Shown here one piece after another: positions 45,454 to 56,126 of a stretch of 64,000 nucleotides of DNA. Each line of letters starts with the position of its first letter. Position 1 is the stretch's first letter. The position numbers were made by a program, and so were the translations under genes. Source of the DNA: an uncultured virus (IMG/VR IMGVR_UViG_3300031758_009617) (lineage: Duplodnaviria > Heunggongvirae > Uroviricota > Caudoviricetes); IMG/VR virus record IMGVR_UViG_3300031758_009617; one strand, 5' to 3'. Below the pieces are notes generated by a model. That model ran no database searches. It was not told where the DNA came from and saw only the letters and a program-made list of their open reading frames with translations.

Positions 45454-46454
45454 TCTGTAAATTTGAGTTGGGCCATGAGTCCTTGGTAGGTGTTCTCACG
45501 AATAAGTTGTTGGATTTCACCTCGGCCTGCCACATAGTCATTAATATCCTTTTCAGGAATGCCACAAGGCCAGATGAATACTTTATAATTAAGGTTAATA
45601 TATTTTTCAACAAGACGACATACCTCAATATTTCTAGGTTGATTGTCAAACACTATTGTAATGAGTTCTTTGTTCAATCCCAAAGATTCAATTTTTGAGA
45701 ATCCCGTACCAGCAACCGCCACACAATTGTCAACAAACAGGCTATCAATAGGCCCTTCAACAATTGTGATGGGAATTTCTTTGTTAACATTATTCATCCC
45801 GAAAATTAAAGGTTCATCATCTTTCAGCTTTATCATTATATAGCGAAGATGTTCCCCGCGCAGGGCTCGCATCGTTACACCTGTGAGTTCACCTGCTTCA
45901 TTATAAAAAGGAAGAAGTAAGCGAGGTTCTTCTGTCTTGATACTTGTATATTCAGGCGCTATCACTTGTATTTTTCGTACTGAATTGATATAGTACAACT
46001 CGGTAAATTTACTACGCGGAATGCCGCGCGTCAAGCAATACTGGACCGCCTCGTTATCATCAGGTAGTTCTGATAATTTTTGTGCGACTGTTTCTATTAA
46101 AGGTTTAGGTTTAAACTCCACCTTTTCATATTGATAGACAAATTCTTCAGCTTTCGTATGCGCTTTGGGCCCGTTCTCACCTGTAGCATAACGTTCAAAC
46201 ACGTACTGTTGGTAGAGTATACTATCTATATTCTTTAGAAATGTGCCGAAGTGTTGGCTTGCCAAACAATTATGACACTTGTAGTACAAGTCATTTCGTT
46301 GACGATAAAAATAACCCCGTGCCTTGTTTTTATTGGTGCGAGAATCACCACACACAATGCACCGGCAGTTCCACAAATCAGTTTTCTTTTTCTTGAACAA
46401 CGGTAACCGATGTCCAATCAAGTTCAAATATTTGGTATCAATAAAATAAGACAT
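45438..46454 (-). CDS. DNA primase (T4 gp61-like)
   Basis: RCIVCGDS..KARG, CHNC, VEGPIDS, DNQPRN, KDIND. Confidence 0.93.
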   Translation of the reverse strand: MSYFIDTKYLNLIGHRLPLFKKKKTDLWNCRCIVCGDSRTNKNKARGYFYRQRNDLYYKCHNCLASQHFGTFLKNIDSILYQQYVFERYATGENGPKAHTKAEEFVYQYEKVEFKPKPLIETVAQKLSELPDDNEAVQYCLTRGIPRSKFTELYYINSVRKIQVIAPEYTSIKTEEPRLLLPFYNEAGELTGVTMRALRGEHLRYIMIKLKDDEPLIFGMNNVNKEIPITIVEGPIDSLFVDNCVAVAGTGFSKIESLGLNKELITIVFDNQPRNIEVCRLVEKYINLNYKVFIWPCGIPEKDINDYVAGRGEIQQLIRENTYQGLMAQLKFTEWRNC

Positions 46455-46512
46455 TGTGCGTTATCCTCCTATACAGAAAGATATAACACAATGTCTCGGT
46501 TGTCAATACGTG

Positions 46513-47001
46513 TTATTTAATTATTCTGGCGACAATTTCGTGAGCGAAGGTACCTAGGGCGATGCTACCACCCATCATCAACCATTTCCAACGTTCCAAT
46601 TCACCTATGCGTTTTTCCAAATCTTTGCTTAGGTCTGTGTTAGTTTTGGTTTCTTCGGTGATGCACTTCTTGATGTCTGCCATTCCATACGTCATGGCAG
46701 TCATTAATCGTTGTTCTGTTTCATTGATATCATCAGACAATTCACGGCTAACAGTTGTGATGCGTGAATGTAATTCTTTAATATCACCTTGAATTTCCTG
46801 CCGGCGTTTTTCCACCAAAGTGAAAAGCTCCTCGTCTATATCGTCCTGTTTGTTTAACCGTTCTTCATGAACAGCCAACATTCGCGCAATACTGTTGGAT
46901 ACATCCCCCATCTTCTCAATGGCGGTATCCATTTTTTGAAAAAGCGATGTCGTTCTGTTGACATCGCTTTCCAAAAGAGCAACCTTGGTTTCTAAATCCA
47001 T
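46513..47001 (-). CDS. Coiled-coil protein with C-terminal TM
   Basis: MLAVHEERL; LERWKW..GG. Confidence 0.65.
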   Translation of the reverse strand: MDLETKVALLESDVNRTTSLFQKMDTAIEKMGDVSNSIARMLAVHEERLNKQDDIDEELFTLVEKRRQEIQGDIKELHSRITTVSRELSDDINETEQRLMTAMTYGMADIKKCITEETKTNTDLSKDLEKRIGELERWKWLMMGGSIALGTFAHEIVARIIK

Positions 47002-47007
47002 TTCCTA

Positions 47008-47313
47008 TTAGGCTTCAGGCTTTTGCTTCTTCACCTTACCACCATACTTCTTCTTTGCCTTGCCTGCTTGTGCCTTGGCACTTTTCACAACACGCTTTGT
47101 TTCAGCTTCTACATTTTTAACGGCGGCAACAGCATCGGCAAAATCAACTTTGCCGTCATTGTTAACATCGGCAATGTCTTTGGCAGTTGAGATGGCTTTA
47201 TCAGCGCCATCCTTAATCTTCAACTTCAATCCAGACACAGGAGCGGACTTTGTATTTTTCCACGCAAAGAATGTTGCAAGTGCAAGACCACTTATCAAAA
47301 TAATCCAAAACAT
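47008..47313 (-). CDS. Membrane protein with EF-hand-like loop and basic tail
   Basis: DVNNDGKVDFAD. Confidence 0.65.
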   Translation of the reverse strand: MFWIILISGLALATFFAWKNTKSAPVSGLKLKIKDGADKAISTAKDIADVNNDGKVDFADAVAAVKNVEAETKRVVKSAKAQAGKAKKKYGGKVKKQKPEA

Positions 47314-47325
47314 AATATTTCTCCT

Positions 47326-47478
47326 TTATTTTTTGTTTGATGTCTTTTTAGGTTTACGACGAAACATTTTTAACTTTAACAACGGATCATACTTGGCAAT
47401 TTGTGTTTGCCCAGAATGTGCAATATTATTGACAGCTACTCCCGTCAATTCTTCGATAAACAATTTAAATGATTTCAT
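47326..47478 (-). CDS. Small protein MKSFKQFIEE... (not in ORF track)
   Basis: ATGA overlap; late promoter at 47492. Confidence 0.55.
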   Translation of the reverse strand: MKSFKLFIEELTGVAVNNIAHSGQTQIAKYDPLLKLKMFRRKPKKTSNKK

Positions 47479-47846
47479 ATCTTTCGTAATTTATTTATAA
47501 GAAAATTGTCTAGCGGTACTTCAGCTTCGTTTATTTGTTTATTGATATGATAATTGTCCGGCAAGTAGTTCAAGTATACTAAAAATGTTTTAACTTGAGG
47601 CCAATGTACATGTTCAATTTTAAAGAACAGCGACGGCACTACAAAATTTCCAAACACATTGTACAACAAGATGATGTGATTCAGAATTAACTTTTCTGAG
47701 ATTTCTCCGGTTTTGTTATATTTACGTAGCAAACGTTTAATATACTTAAACCGTTTCACATCATCTTGAAATTCTTTCATCCCAGAACAACTAGGATTGT
47801 TATAATGTTTTATTGCATACAATAGAAAATTTTCATCATTTAACAT
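47475..47846 (-). CDS. Conserved T4-like hypothetical protein
   Basis: YAIKHYNNP, RFKYIKRL, LILNHII.LYNVFG. Confidence 0.75.
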   Translation of the reverse strand: MLNDENFLLYAIKHYNNPSCSGMKEFQDDVKRFKYIKRLLRKYNKTGEISEKLILNHIILLYNVFGNFVVPSLFFKIEHVHWPQVKTFLVYLNYLPDNYHINKQINEAEVPLDNFLINKLRKI

Positions 47847-47860
47847 AATAATATTTACAT

Positions 47861-48307
47861 TTATACCACTGTTGCTGTGCCGCCCAACACCCACCAATCA
47901 CTACCGTACCAAACAAGAAGTGCTGTATCTCCCGCTGAATTAAACGTGATACTTGTTGCCTTGATGTTACTTGTAATAGTAGAATTTGCCGATGCTGATG
48001 TACACATGATGACTTTAATTTGTCCTTCATACAGCCCATCACTGATACCCAGCGAACTGGTTGTTCCAGTATTACTTATAAGTGTTAACGTTTGTGTTGT
48101 TTGAATGGTTCCTGATCCTGCAAGTGTTTGAGCACCATTGAAGGCCAAAGCAATCAGTCCAGAAAATTTCGTTAAACTATTGGGCAAATTAGCCAATAAT
48201 GTTGAAATTGAAATTTTCTTGTCAGCAGTTCCTTGAATAAGGTACAGTACGTCCGCCGAATTGACGGACGTAGCTGCACTAAAATCTGTTACTTTGCTAT
48301 CTGCCAT
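47861..48307 (-). CDS. Probable virion structural protein
   Basis: MADSKVT start; GQIKVI; GDTALLVW. Confidence 0.65.
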   Translation of the reverse strand: MADSKVTDFSAATSVNSADVLYLIQGTADKKISISTLLANLPNSLTKFSGLIALAFNGAQTLAGSGTIQTTQTLTLISNTGTTSSLGISDGLYEGQIKVIMCTSASANSTITSNIKATSITFNSAGDTALLVWYGSDWWVLGGTATVV

Positions 48308-48319
48308 GAGTTAGTCTGA

Positions 48320-49846
48320 TTATGCGTCTGGGAATTGGATGTCATCAGCAGCATCACTTGTGATACCATTCTTTGACAATGCCACAAGCACTTCATATTG
48401 AATACGTCCTGCATGTTGACCCACGCCCACCTTTCTCTTTACCCAACCAGTGTGTGCTGCTGAAGTTCCTGTTTCACCTGTACCCTTGGCTGCTGTTGCA
48501 GTTGCAGCTGTTGAAGCCACCTTTTCAAAGTATTGTGCATTGTTACCAGTACCTGAGATGTCAACAACAGTTTCTACTGTGTATGTTAGACCTGTCAATG
48601 TACCAGCAGTTGTTGTAAGAGCTGCACCAGCTTCAGTTGTTAGTGTGAAGCCTGTTACGTTAGGTGATGAACCAGTAACGGCTGACACCGTGTATACAGT
48701 TCCTGTGGCGTAACCTGTGATGGTTGCAGTACCACCTAGTGTACCAGTGATGGTGACACGGTCGCCTGAAGCAAGTGTTGAGTTACCGCAAGTGAATTGA
48801 CCACCTGTTCCTGAAACAGCAACAGTTGCTGCCAAAGTGCCTGTTGTGGTTGCTGCCTTCACCTTGAAGGCATTGGCTGTTAAACCAGCAGTGGCAACAT
48901 AGTATGTTGTACCAGAAGTAAGACCTGTTGCAGAAGTACCACCACCGTTGTTGTATACAACAACACTTCCTGCTGTAAGACCGTGACTTGTATAGGCGAT
49001 GGTGTCAGTTGATGTTGTTACACCTAAAGTTGGGATGGTTACCCGAGCCTTAGGAATAACTACAGTAGGAACTGTTTCGTATGATGAACCTGTGTTTGTG
49101 ACTGCAATAGAGGTTACTGCACCGCCTGAGATAGTCGCTGTAGCTGCTGCTGATGAACCGCCACCGCCTGTGAATGATACGGCAGGAGCTTCCACATATA
49201 ATGTGCCACCATTTACTACAGCAACAGAAACTACATTGTCGCCGCCTGCACCAATTTCAGTGGCATTAACACCGAACACTTCGGTTGATAAGATGCTTGG
49301 ATCACTTGGTAATGATGTTGGCTTTTCACTTAAAGTGTATCCTTCGCCGCTGAATGCTGACAACACCACTTGTGGATTGGCATTGATGACTTGGCATGAT
49401 GTATCAGAAGCAATAGAAATGATAATCATTTCTTGGTCTCCTACACGAATGAAGTCGCCTGGTGCTGCTTCAGTTGTGAATCCTGTTGAAGAACCTGTAA
49501 TCACACCACGACCATAATCTAAGCTATGTGTCAATGTGTGTGATGCACCAACACCGTCAGTTGTGGCAAGAATGCTGCCGAGCAATGCGTTTGCTTCAGT
49601 TGCAGCTAATCCTAGTGTGTTTGTTGAAAGATTCACAACATAATATGTTGAACCTGATGTGAGTCCTACAATTGATGTGCCGCCACCGTTTGAATATACT
49701 ACGGCATCGCCTGTTTGAAACGGATGACTATTTGATGTGATGACACCAGCGGCATGAGCAGTAGCGCCGTTGAATGTGATGGTAGGTGCTGTTAATGTTA
49801 TTGTACCTGACGATGTTTTATCGTCTGCTTTACCCCAGCCTGACAT
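48320..49846 (-). CDS. Gly/Thr-rich virion structural protein
   Basis: MSGWG..D start, repeated H.L..G..VVY..GLTSG..YYV modules, HTGWV...EVLVA end. Confidence 0.75.
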   Translation of the reverse strand: MSGWGKADDKTSSGTITLTAPTITFNGATAHAAGVITSNSHPFQTGDAVVYSNGGGTSIVGLTSGSTYYVVNLSTNTLGLAATEANALLGSILATTDGVGASHTLTHSLDYGRGVITGSSTGFTTEAAPGDFIRVGDQEMIIISIASDTSCQVINANPQVVLSAFSGEGYTLSEKPTSLPSDPSILSTEVFGVNATEIGAGGDNVVSVAVVNGGTLYVEAPAVSFTGGGGSSAAATATISGGAVTSIAVTNTGSSYETVPTVVIPKARVTIPTLGVTTSTDTIAYTSHGLTAGSVVVYNNGGGTSATGLTSGTTYYVATAGLTANAFKVKAATTTGTLAATVAVSGTGGQFTCGNSTLASGDRVTITGTLGGTATITGYATGTVYTVSAVTGSSPNVTGFTLTTEAGAALTTTAGTLTGLTYTVETVVDISGTGNNAQYFEKVASTAATATAAKGTGETGTSAAHTGWVKRKVGVGQHAGRIQYEVLVALSKNGITSDAADDIQFPDA

Positions 49847-49849
49847 ATG

Positions 49850-50440
49850 TTATTCTCCTGAATTATAGAGGTGTTCGACTTTATTGAAAAATTCTTTTAC
49901 ATTTTCTTTTGGCAAATCTGCAATATTCGTGATGCCGTATTCCTTCATGGTTGAAAGAAATGCATTTTCGTAGCTTTCTCTCATACCTTTTGCATTATCA
50001 CGACGGCGGCGAAGTTCAGCTTTGGCACGACTTGCCACGCGCTTATCTTCAGGAGAGAGTTTACCCCCTGCGCGTTCTTTACTCTTTACATTGGTAGCCA
50101 AGGTGGATAACATTCCTTCTGGCATACGCTTTAACGTTTCATCACTTTTTTCAGTAACTATTGATTCCATGGCAGGGTTCCGTGTTTGGGTGACTATGGT
50201 ACGCATTCGTTGAAATATTGCAGAATCATCAAAAGACATACTCATTAACTTATTTAGAAGTGTTGCAATAACCATACGGTCATCAGGAGTTAACATTGTA
50301 CCACTTTGAATTCTATATAATGCTCTACGTAAAATGGGGAGTGTTTGTAACGGCATCAATCCCAATCGAACAAGAAGTTCCAATTTGGATAAATCGAAGT
50401 TCTCCCCAAGATTTTCACGTTCTAATGTTTGCATATGCAC
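49850..50440 (-). CDS. Late hypothetical protein
   Basis: Late promoter at 50461. Confidence 0.65.
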   Translation of the reverse strand: MHMQTLERENLGENFDLSKLELLVRLGLMPLQTLPILRRALYRIQSGTMLTPDDRMVIATLLNKLMSMSFDDSAIFQRMRTIVTQTRNPAMESIVTEKSDETLKRMPEGMLSTLATNVKSKERAGGKLSPEDKRVASRAKAELRRRRDNAKGMRESYENAFLSTMKEYGITNIADLPKENVKEFFNKVEHLYNSGE

Positions 50441-50472
50441 TTCCTAAAAAATTATATGACTATTTATATGAA

Positions 50473-50778
50473 TTAGCAATTCCATTTACGAAGTGCTTTG
50501 TTGATACGAGAATTTGGGTCTCTGGCCGTCTTGGCTGAAGTTAATCTTTTCTTCATTCCGCCCATTCTGGCACAGAAACTCTTTCTCCGTTTGGCTGCTT
50601 TACTTCCCGCCTTCAATTTGGAGGGTTTTGTGGTTACAGCCATAGACAACTTACTGCCGGGATTTTCACGGCGATATGATGCAATGCCTTTTCTATTTAA
50701 TCCGCCTGACGCACTTTTACCTTCTTTTCGTTGCCAGGCAGGAGCGGCTTCTGTGATGAATTCTCTGAATGATAGCAT
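50473..50778 (-). CDS. Basic conserved phage protein
   Basis: AWQRKEGK..GGLN, RRKSFCARM, ALRKWNC. Confidence 0.75.
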   Translation of the reverse strand: MLSFREFITEAAPAWQRKEGKSASGGLNRKGIASYRRENPGSKLSMAVTTKPSKLKAGSKAAKRRKSFCARMGGMKKRLTSAKTARDPNSRINKALRKWNC

Positions 50779-50794
50779 GTCTTGTTCCTATAGT

Positions 50795-51412
50795 TTATTT
50801 TTTTCTTTTTCGTGTTCTTCTGTTAGCAATGCGCTTCATTTCTATCTTTCGTAAGTTAGGGCGTAAGCGGATAGTTTGACGCGCAATGAATGCCTGAAAT
50901 GGTACGCGCTTCATCAATGTTTCAATACGAGATTTTTCTGCAGGAGACAATGATGTTCTGGGACGATTACGTAGAATTCTCTTATACATCATTCTACGCG
51001 CTGCCAACTTTGCACGTTGTTGAATACGTTGCGGTGAGGCGGAACGATTCAATGCCATGTTCTTATATAGATTTCTTTTATGACGAGAACGTATGGCAGA
51101 GAAGCGTTTTTTAATTCTGCCCATGGGTGTCAACCCCTTTTCCATCAATACTTCTTCATCCATTTCATAATCTTGAAGTAGGTCTTCCCATTCTTCTTCT
51201 GACATCTCATCATACATGACTTCTAACTCTTGTAACAATTCATCATCAGAGGGATCGGATAAATCAATTTCATTATCCATATATGGGGCAAGTGTGTCAC
51301 ACATCTCAATTTCAACAAATTCCTTAAAGGTTTTTGTTTTCTTGGGATGTTGACCGGGTGTTTGTTTGAGCCACTTGCGTGTTAGCTCCGGAGTGCCCCA
51401 TTCATTTTTCAT
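50795..51412 (-). CDS. Hypothetical protein with acidic and basic halves
   Basis: EWGTPE; KTFKEF. Confidence 0.65.
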   Translation of the reverse strand: MKNEWGTPELTRKWLKQTPGQHPKKTKTFKEFVEIEMCDTLAPYMDNEIDLSDPSDDELLQELEVMYDEMSEEEWEDLLQDYEMDEEVLMEKGLTPMGRIKKRFSAIRSRHKRNLYKNMALNRSASPQRIQQRAKLAARRMMYKRILRNRPRTSLSPAEKSRIETLMKRVPFQAFIARQTIRLRPNLRKIEMKRIANRRTRKRKK

Positions 51413-51636
51413 GCGGTACCCATGGGATTAGTTCTGTGTGCATCATCAATCTTAGGCTCAGGATTATTCTTGTATGAGTCTTTCACCCATGCCAAGAAAT
51501 CTTTAAACGTTAATAGCGAAATTTTTTCTTCGACTTGTTCTTTAATGGGAACGCAGTTAGGAACTTCTTTGCCGTTCTTCATTTTTGTACCAATTGATTG
51601 ATATCCTTTCCAACAGGGATTTTTCATTTTTTTCAT
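51409..51636 (-). CDS. Hypothetical protein
   Basis: PCWKGY...VPNCVP motif. Confidence 0.65.
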   Translation of the reverse strand: MKKMKNPCWKGYQSIGTKMKNGKEVPNCVPIKEQVEEKISLLTFKDFLAWVKDSYKNNPEPKIDDAHRTNPMGTA

Positions 51637-52259
51637 TTTAGTAGTACCGAAGTAGTTATGGCACCTGCTATAAATCCTGTAACGGCCATTACCTTTCTAC
51701 TGGGTAAAGGAATGCCAAACATCTTGTTGGGATTTTTCGGTGCTGGGGGAATGTTTAATACAACCTTTTGCAGACTGTCACGGGACGTTGTAAGTAAGAA
51801 TATTGCGTTGTCTTTATTTTGTAGAGCTTTGTTTAATTGTCCAATTTGTGCATCTTGTGTATCTATTGTATTTTCTTGTTGTTCAATGATTGAATCTTGA
51901 AGCGAGATGATTGATGTCATGTGCGATAAAGAATCCGTGACAGTCTGCGGCATTTCGGTTTCTTTCAATAAAGCAGCTCGTCTACTTTGTAATATAGACG
52001 TTGTGTTTCGTAATTCTAGTACATCTTGGGCATATTCACTGGCTTTGTCTTGTGCAAGTTTTGCTTCAGTTTCTTCAATGATGATTTGTGTTTTCAAACT
52101 ATCAGCAAACTTTACTGCTGAATCTGCTTGTGCTTGGAATATCTTGTAGTTATCAATATACTCCTGCATTTTATCTTTACTACGACCATCCATGTAGACA
52201 AAGATGACCCATAATGATATGGATATTGCAATCATATATTTTAAATTCTTTGTCAACAT
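51633..52259 (-). CDS. TM coiled-coil protein, possible spanin
   Basis: N-terminal TM, coiled coil, next to endolysin. Confidence 0.5.
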   Translation of the reverse strand: MLTKNLKYMIAISISLWVIFVYMDGRSKDKMQEYIDNYKIFQAQADSAVKFADSLKTQIIIEETEAKLAQDKASEYAQDVLELRNTTSILQSRRAALLKETEMPQTVTDSLSHMTSIISLQDSIIEQQENTIDTQDAQIGQLNKALQNKDNAIFLLTTSRDSLQKVVLNIPPAPKNPNKMFGIPLPSRKVMAVTGFIAGAITTSVLLK

Positions 52260-52285
52260 GGAAAGGTCCTCTTTTTAATTATTTA

Positions 52286-52885
52286 TTACTTCAACAAAGC
52301 GTAGAATTCTTTGAAGTGCTTGATTCTATCTGCCAAGCCAATAGTACCACCGTTTACTTTCTTTGTGATGGCTGTGACATCGGCATCTGTGGCACCCTTG
52401 TCTGACAAGGCATTCAATCCACGTGAGTTCCAGAACCAAGCGGCTGAAAGAAGGGGATACTTGGTGGCAACCAAATCAGGTGTTTCAAGAATGTTTTCTG
52501 GTACCACCTTATCAAAGGCACCATAGTTATCCTTACCTGTCAATTGAATGTAGCCACGACCACGATACTTGTATCCTTCACCTGAGGCTTCTGGACCATT
52601 ACCCATACGACCGCCGTAAATAAGATTGGCAATCTTTTCAGGCTTACGTTCGTATTCCAATGCCTTGGCTTCGGTTGGGAAATACTTCTTGAACAATCCC
52701 AACAATCCCTTGGCGCCATAGTTCAAATTTTCATTGACTGCCTTGAAGTTGCCTGATTCATGTCCACATTGTGACAAGAAGTGGCATAAACGAAGTGGGG
52801 TATTGATTTGAAACTTTTCCATGACTTCTGGAATTTGTGCGATTACAGTATCGGGAACATGTCCCTTGAGCTTTTGAATATCCAT
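52286..52885 (-). CDS. Endolysin, glycoside hydrolase family 19
   Basis: HFLSQCGHES, ENLNY, YRGRGYIQLTG, VNGG..GL.DR. Confidence 0.92.
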   Translation of the reverse strand: MDIQKLKGHVPDTVIAQIPEVMEKFQINTPLRLCHFLSQCGHESGNFKAVNENLNYGAKGLLGLFKKYFPTEAKALEYERKPEKIANLIYGGRMGNGPEASGEGYKYRGRGYIQLTGKDNYGAFDKVVPENILETPDLVATKYPLLSAAWFWNSRGLNALSDKGATDADVTAITKKVNGGTIGLADRIKHFKEFYALLK

Positions 52886-52904
52886 TTATTTGTTCCGGTT
52901 AGAG

Positions 52905-54299
52905 TTAACGAGTTTCGCGCCATTGCATTGATGCAAAGGCATTGGTATCAGCAGTAGTGCTTAAGTTTCTGGCAACTAAAGCAAAAATGTTACTTTCAGT
53001 AGATGTGATGTTTTGACTGATATAGGCACGTTTTGCCTTGATGGGATCGGCAATACTATTGCCACCAGAGGCTTGTTTTCCTGAAGGATTGTTGGCAGCA
53101 ACGAATCCACTTGCAAACAATTCACCACCTGTAGTATTGAAGCTAGTGCCTGCCGTGATGTTGTATTCTACTACAGAGGAGCTGTTAGCCGCCACCCAAC
53201 TACCGCCCGTGATGTTGGCATCTCCGGGGAGGCGCCATAATTCAAACACAATGGATGCACCATCAGACAATATATTCATATCTGTTAAGCGAACAACACT
53301 TCTGTTAGGTAGGGATTGATAGGTGTCAGTTAAGCGAATAGCCATTAAACATTTTGCCGCGGCAGGAGATCCTTTTGATAGGAGAATGTTTTCCGCATAA
53401 TTACTGAAATTCACACCCGATTCAATGTATCCCCCTTCTGACATCACTGTGGAACACACTTGATCCATGAAGGCAGTTCCAACAGCTGTACCGATGTTAC
53501 GAATTTCACAACGAATGGGAAGGTTAGGATTTCTCCAATATACAGTAGATAAGGTATTACTATGTGTGAATTCATGAGCCACAATGAACTCGCCGTTATG
53601 CACAAATCCTACACGCAAACGTCCCACACCTAGCCATTGATAATCACAGAAAAACAGTTGAGTAGCAGTGATTTCTAAATCAAATCCTGATGCGCCTGTT
53701 CCGTCACACTTATCTACGTTCCAGTTTGCTTGATTGATGGGTGTTTCATCAACCACAGATCCGCTAATACTTGTGCGCTTCACAAATTGTAAAGTGCCAT
53801 TACCAGCTTGTTGAAAATATACGCCATCTTCTTCTCCGAATAATCCCACACGCTTTACTGTATTGGCTCGGGCGTTACCGAACATGAAACTCATCAATGC
53901 CAATTGACTTTTTCCTGGCATGTAGTGATGATGCATTCTACTTTGATGCACTACGAAATCACCATCGCCTGTGCCCACAGTTAAACGAACTGATGCTTCA
54001 TTGGCTCGGAGAGTTTTTGTTCCTGATCCACTTGATGCAGTTAAGAGTTCAACTTCTTCTCCGTAGGTATGACTATAATCAGCAAGTGTATGTGGTTCAG
54101 AGATACGAAGGCGACCAAACGCATCGAGGTTTGTGCCGCCCAGAGATACTAGTAATGAATTGTTATTGCCATAACCGCCTGTAACAGGTAAGGGATTCGT
54201 GGCTTCAACCACACTACCATCCTTGCCTGCTGCAAGCATGACAACTTCATAGCGTTGTTCTCCATCTTGTACATCTTGCGGCTTAATATATTGTGCCAT
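52905..54299 (-). CDS. Probable virion structural protein
   Basis: DAFGRLR, YMPGKSQ, WLGVGR, SEGG. Confidence 0.7.
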   Translation of the reverse strand: MAQYIKPQDVQDGEQRYEVVMLAAGKDGSVVEATNPLPVTGGYGNNNSLLVSLGGTNLDAFGRLRISEPHTLADYSHTYGEEVELLTASSGSGTKTLRANEASVRLTVGTGDGDFVVHQSRMHHHYMPGKSQLALMSFMFGNARANTVKRVGLFGEEDGVYFQQAGNGTLQFVKRTSISGSVVDETPINQANWNVDKCDGTGASGFDLEITATQLFFCDYQWLGVGRLRVGFVHNGEFIVAHEFTHSNTLSTVYWRNPNLPIRCEIRNIGTAVGTAFMDQVCSTVMSEGGYIESGVNFSNYAENILLSKGSPAAAKCLMAIRLTDTYQSLPNRSVVRLTDMNILSDGASIVFELWRLPGDANITGGSWVAANSSSVVEYNITAGTSFNTTGGELFASGFVAANNPSGKQASGGNSIADPIKAKRAYISQNITSTESNIFALVARNLSTTADTNAFASMQWRETR

Positions 54300-56092
54300 T
54301 ATTCCATACCTGCCTGTACGGCGTCCATGAGTTGTTTTGCTTCGGCTTCACGTAACGTTGATGGAAGCCCTCGCTTGAAATTTTTAAAGTCATCATTTTT
54401 AGCATACTCACGCATTTTACTTGCCGACATACCTGATGCTCCATCAGCATCAGGGTCACGTTCGCCGGCGGATATTACTTCAAGAACTTTAAAGGTATAT
54501 TGGTCAGCTTTTCCATTATACTTATTAAGGAGTTCTTGATATTCCCGCACTCTATCAGACCCACCTATCATGATAACTTTATCATATTGTTCTTCGTAAA
54601 ACTTTTTCAACCACCCAAACATTGTGGGCATTTGTTGAGTTGCCAATTCAAGATTGACACGAGGAAACATCTTTTTCGCAAACTTCAATTTTGTTTCTGG
54701 GTCCAACGGATCCTTAGGTGATTTCTGAGTTTTTGAAAGCACGATGACATACTCACCTTTTTCTGTTCGTGCCGTCTCCAATACTTTCTTTATAAGTTTT
54801 TCATGACCTATAGTTGGAGGATTCATTCTTCCAAAAGCAAACACCATAGTTTTCAATGGCGTATTCAATTCAGGAGCAACAGGAGCAGGTCCTGTCCAAT
54901 CTTTTACTGCATTGAAATTTGCTGCTGAAAACTCCATTCTATTCACTAACTTTACAGCATTTCCTTTTTTATCAATGGCAACATATCCTTCAGGATCTGT
55001 CACCTTAAATCCTTTCTCTGTTTCAATAAACGTAGGAATGCCTTGTGCTCCATTCAACTTCTTAACAAGAATATTTTTCATCATCAATAAATCTTCGTAT
55101 AATGAAAACATAGTTCGAAGATTTGAACTATTCACCCGTAAATATTCCTGAATCTCTTTACGTAATCCCGCATAACGCATTTTTGCTGCACTTGTTTTCA
55201 CCCCTGCTTCTTTTTCAGTAATTCTACTGATAACAAAAGGTTCTAACCCAGAAAGACTTTTCCGTGTTATAGGGGTGTTGGCGCGAACCAAACGATTAAC
55301 GAATATCTTAAACATGTAACCAACCGTGAGGTCGGTGTTTTGTGTTGAGAGTTCGTCAAGAAATTTTCGTACTGCTATGGCGTTGGTTTTGGCGGAGGCT
55401 AATTTTGTACTAACCGTACGAGTTTCCTGTGCCGTCAGCGTCATTTTTCCGGACAAGTCCTTGTATGTCGCATCCTCAATCCAGGCGGTTCTAGATTTTA
55501 GCCGGCTTGTGTCAACACCAAACGAGGCAGATAAAGTATTTACCGGTCCCGTACCTAAATATTTAGTATGAAAGACAATTCCAAGATTGCTATTTCGTAT
55601 CTTTTCAGACAAAGGATCCTGGGTGGGTATAGCATACACAATGGTGTTAGGCTTGAATGTGATGTATTCTTCACCGTCAATGACCTGCATCTTTTTTGTG
55701 GCGGGCGTAAACATGACATCCCCTTGTAGAACATCTTTCATGTTCAAGGGTTGTAGTTCTCGGAAACATGTTTTCAACGTGTCTGCCAAACCCCCTTCAT
55801 GATACATGTCCACCATGGCTTCTGAGAAGCAGAGTTTGGGTGTTTTGGCAAAGGCACCGTGTTTTGTAGCAACGAAAAATAAGCCTGTTTCTGGGTCTCG
55901 TCCCGCAACAACAGCAGGGGCTCCGTCCCATTTCACTGTGACGTTAACCCCTGTATTGGCAGCTCCCTGAAACAGCTGCAAAAGCGCCTCAACAAACGCT
56001 ATGGATTGTTGGGCGCCTTTATAACCTAAGTTGATGATATCATCTTCGAGGTGTTCTAAATGCTTATTTTGTTTACTAACCATAAGTTTCAA
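54299..56092 (-). CDS. Fusion of T4-like HLEHLED domain and cytidyltransferase domain
   Basis: HLEHLED, KWDGAP, PEGYV, EFS..NF; then FGRMNPPTIGH, GSDRV, SASKMR; late promoter 56118. Confidence 0.8.
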   Translation of the reverse strand: MKLMVSKQNKHLEHLEDDIINLGYKGAQQSIAFVEALLQLFQGAANTGVNVTVKWDGAPAVVAGRDPETGLFFVATKHGAFAKTPKLCFSEAMVDMYHEGGLADTLKTCFRELQPLNMKDVLQGDVMFTPATKKMQVIDGEEYITFKPNTIVYAIPTQDPLSEKIRNSNLGIVFHTKYLGTGPVNTLSASFGVDTSRLKSRTAWIEDATYKDLSGKMTLTAQETRTVSTKLASAKTNAIAVRKFLDELSTQNTDLTVGYMFKIFVNRLVRANTPITRKSLSGLEPFVISRITEKEAGVKTSAAKMRYAGLRKEIQEYLRVNSSNLRTMFSLYEDLLMMKNILVKKLNGAQGIPTFIETEKGFKVTDPEGYVAIDKKGNAVKLVNRMEFSAANFNAVKDWTGPAPVAPELNTPLKTMVFAFGRMNPPTIGHEKLIKKVLETARTEKGEYVIVLSKTQKSPKDPLDPETKLKFAKKMFPRVNLELATQQMPTMFGWLKKFYEEQYDKVIMIGGSDRVREYQELLNKYNGKADQYTFKVLEVISAGERDPDADGASGMSASKMREYAKNDDFKNFKRGLPSTLREAEAKQLMDAVQAGME

Positions 56093-56126
56093 CCATCTCT
56101 GAGTATAAAGACACTACTATTTATAC

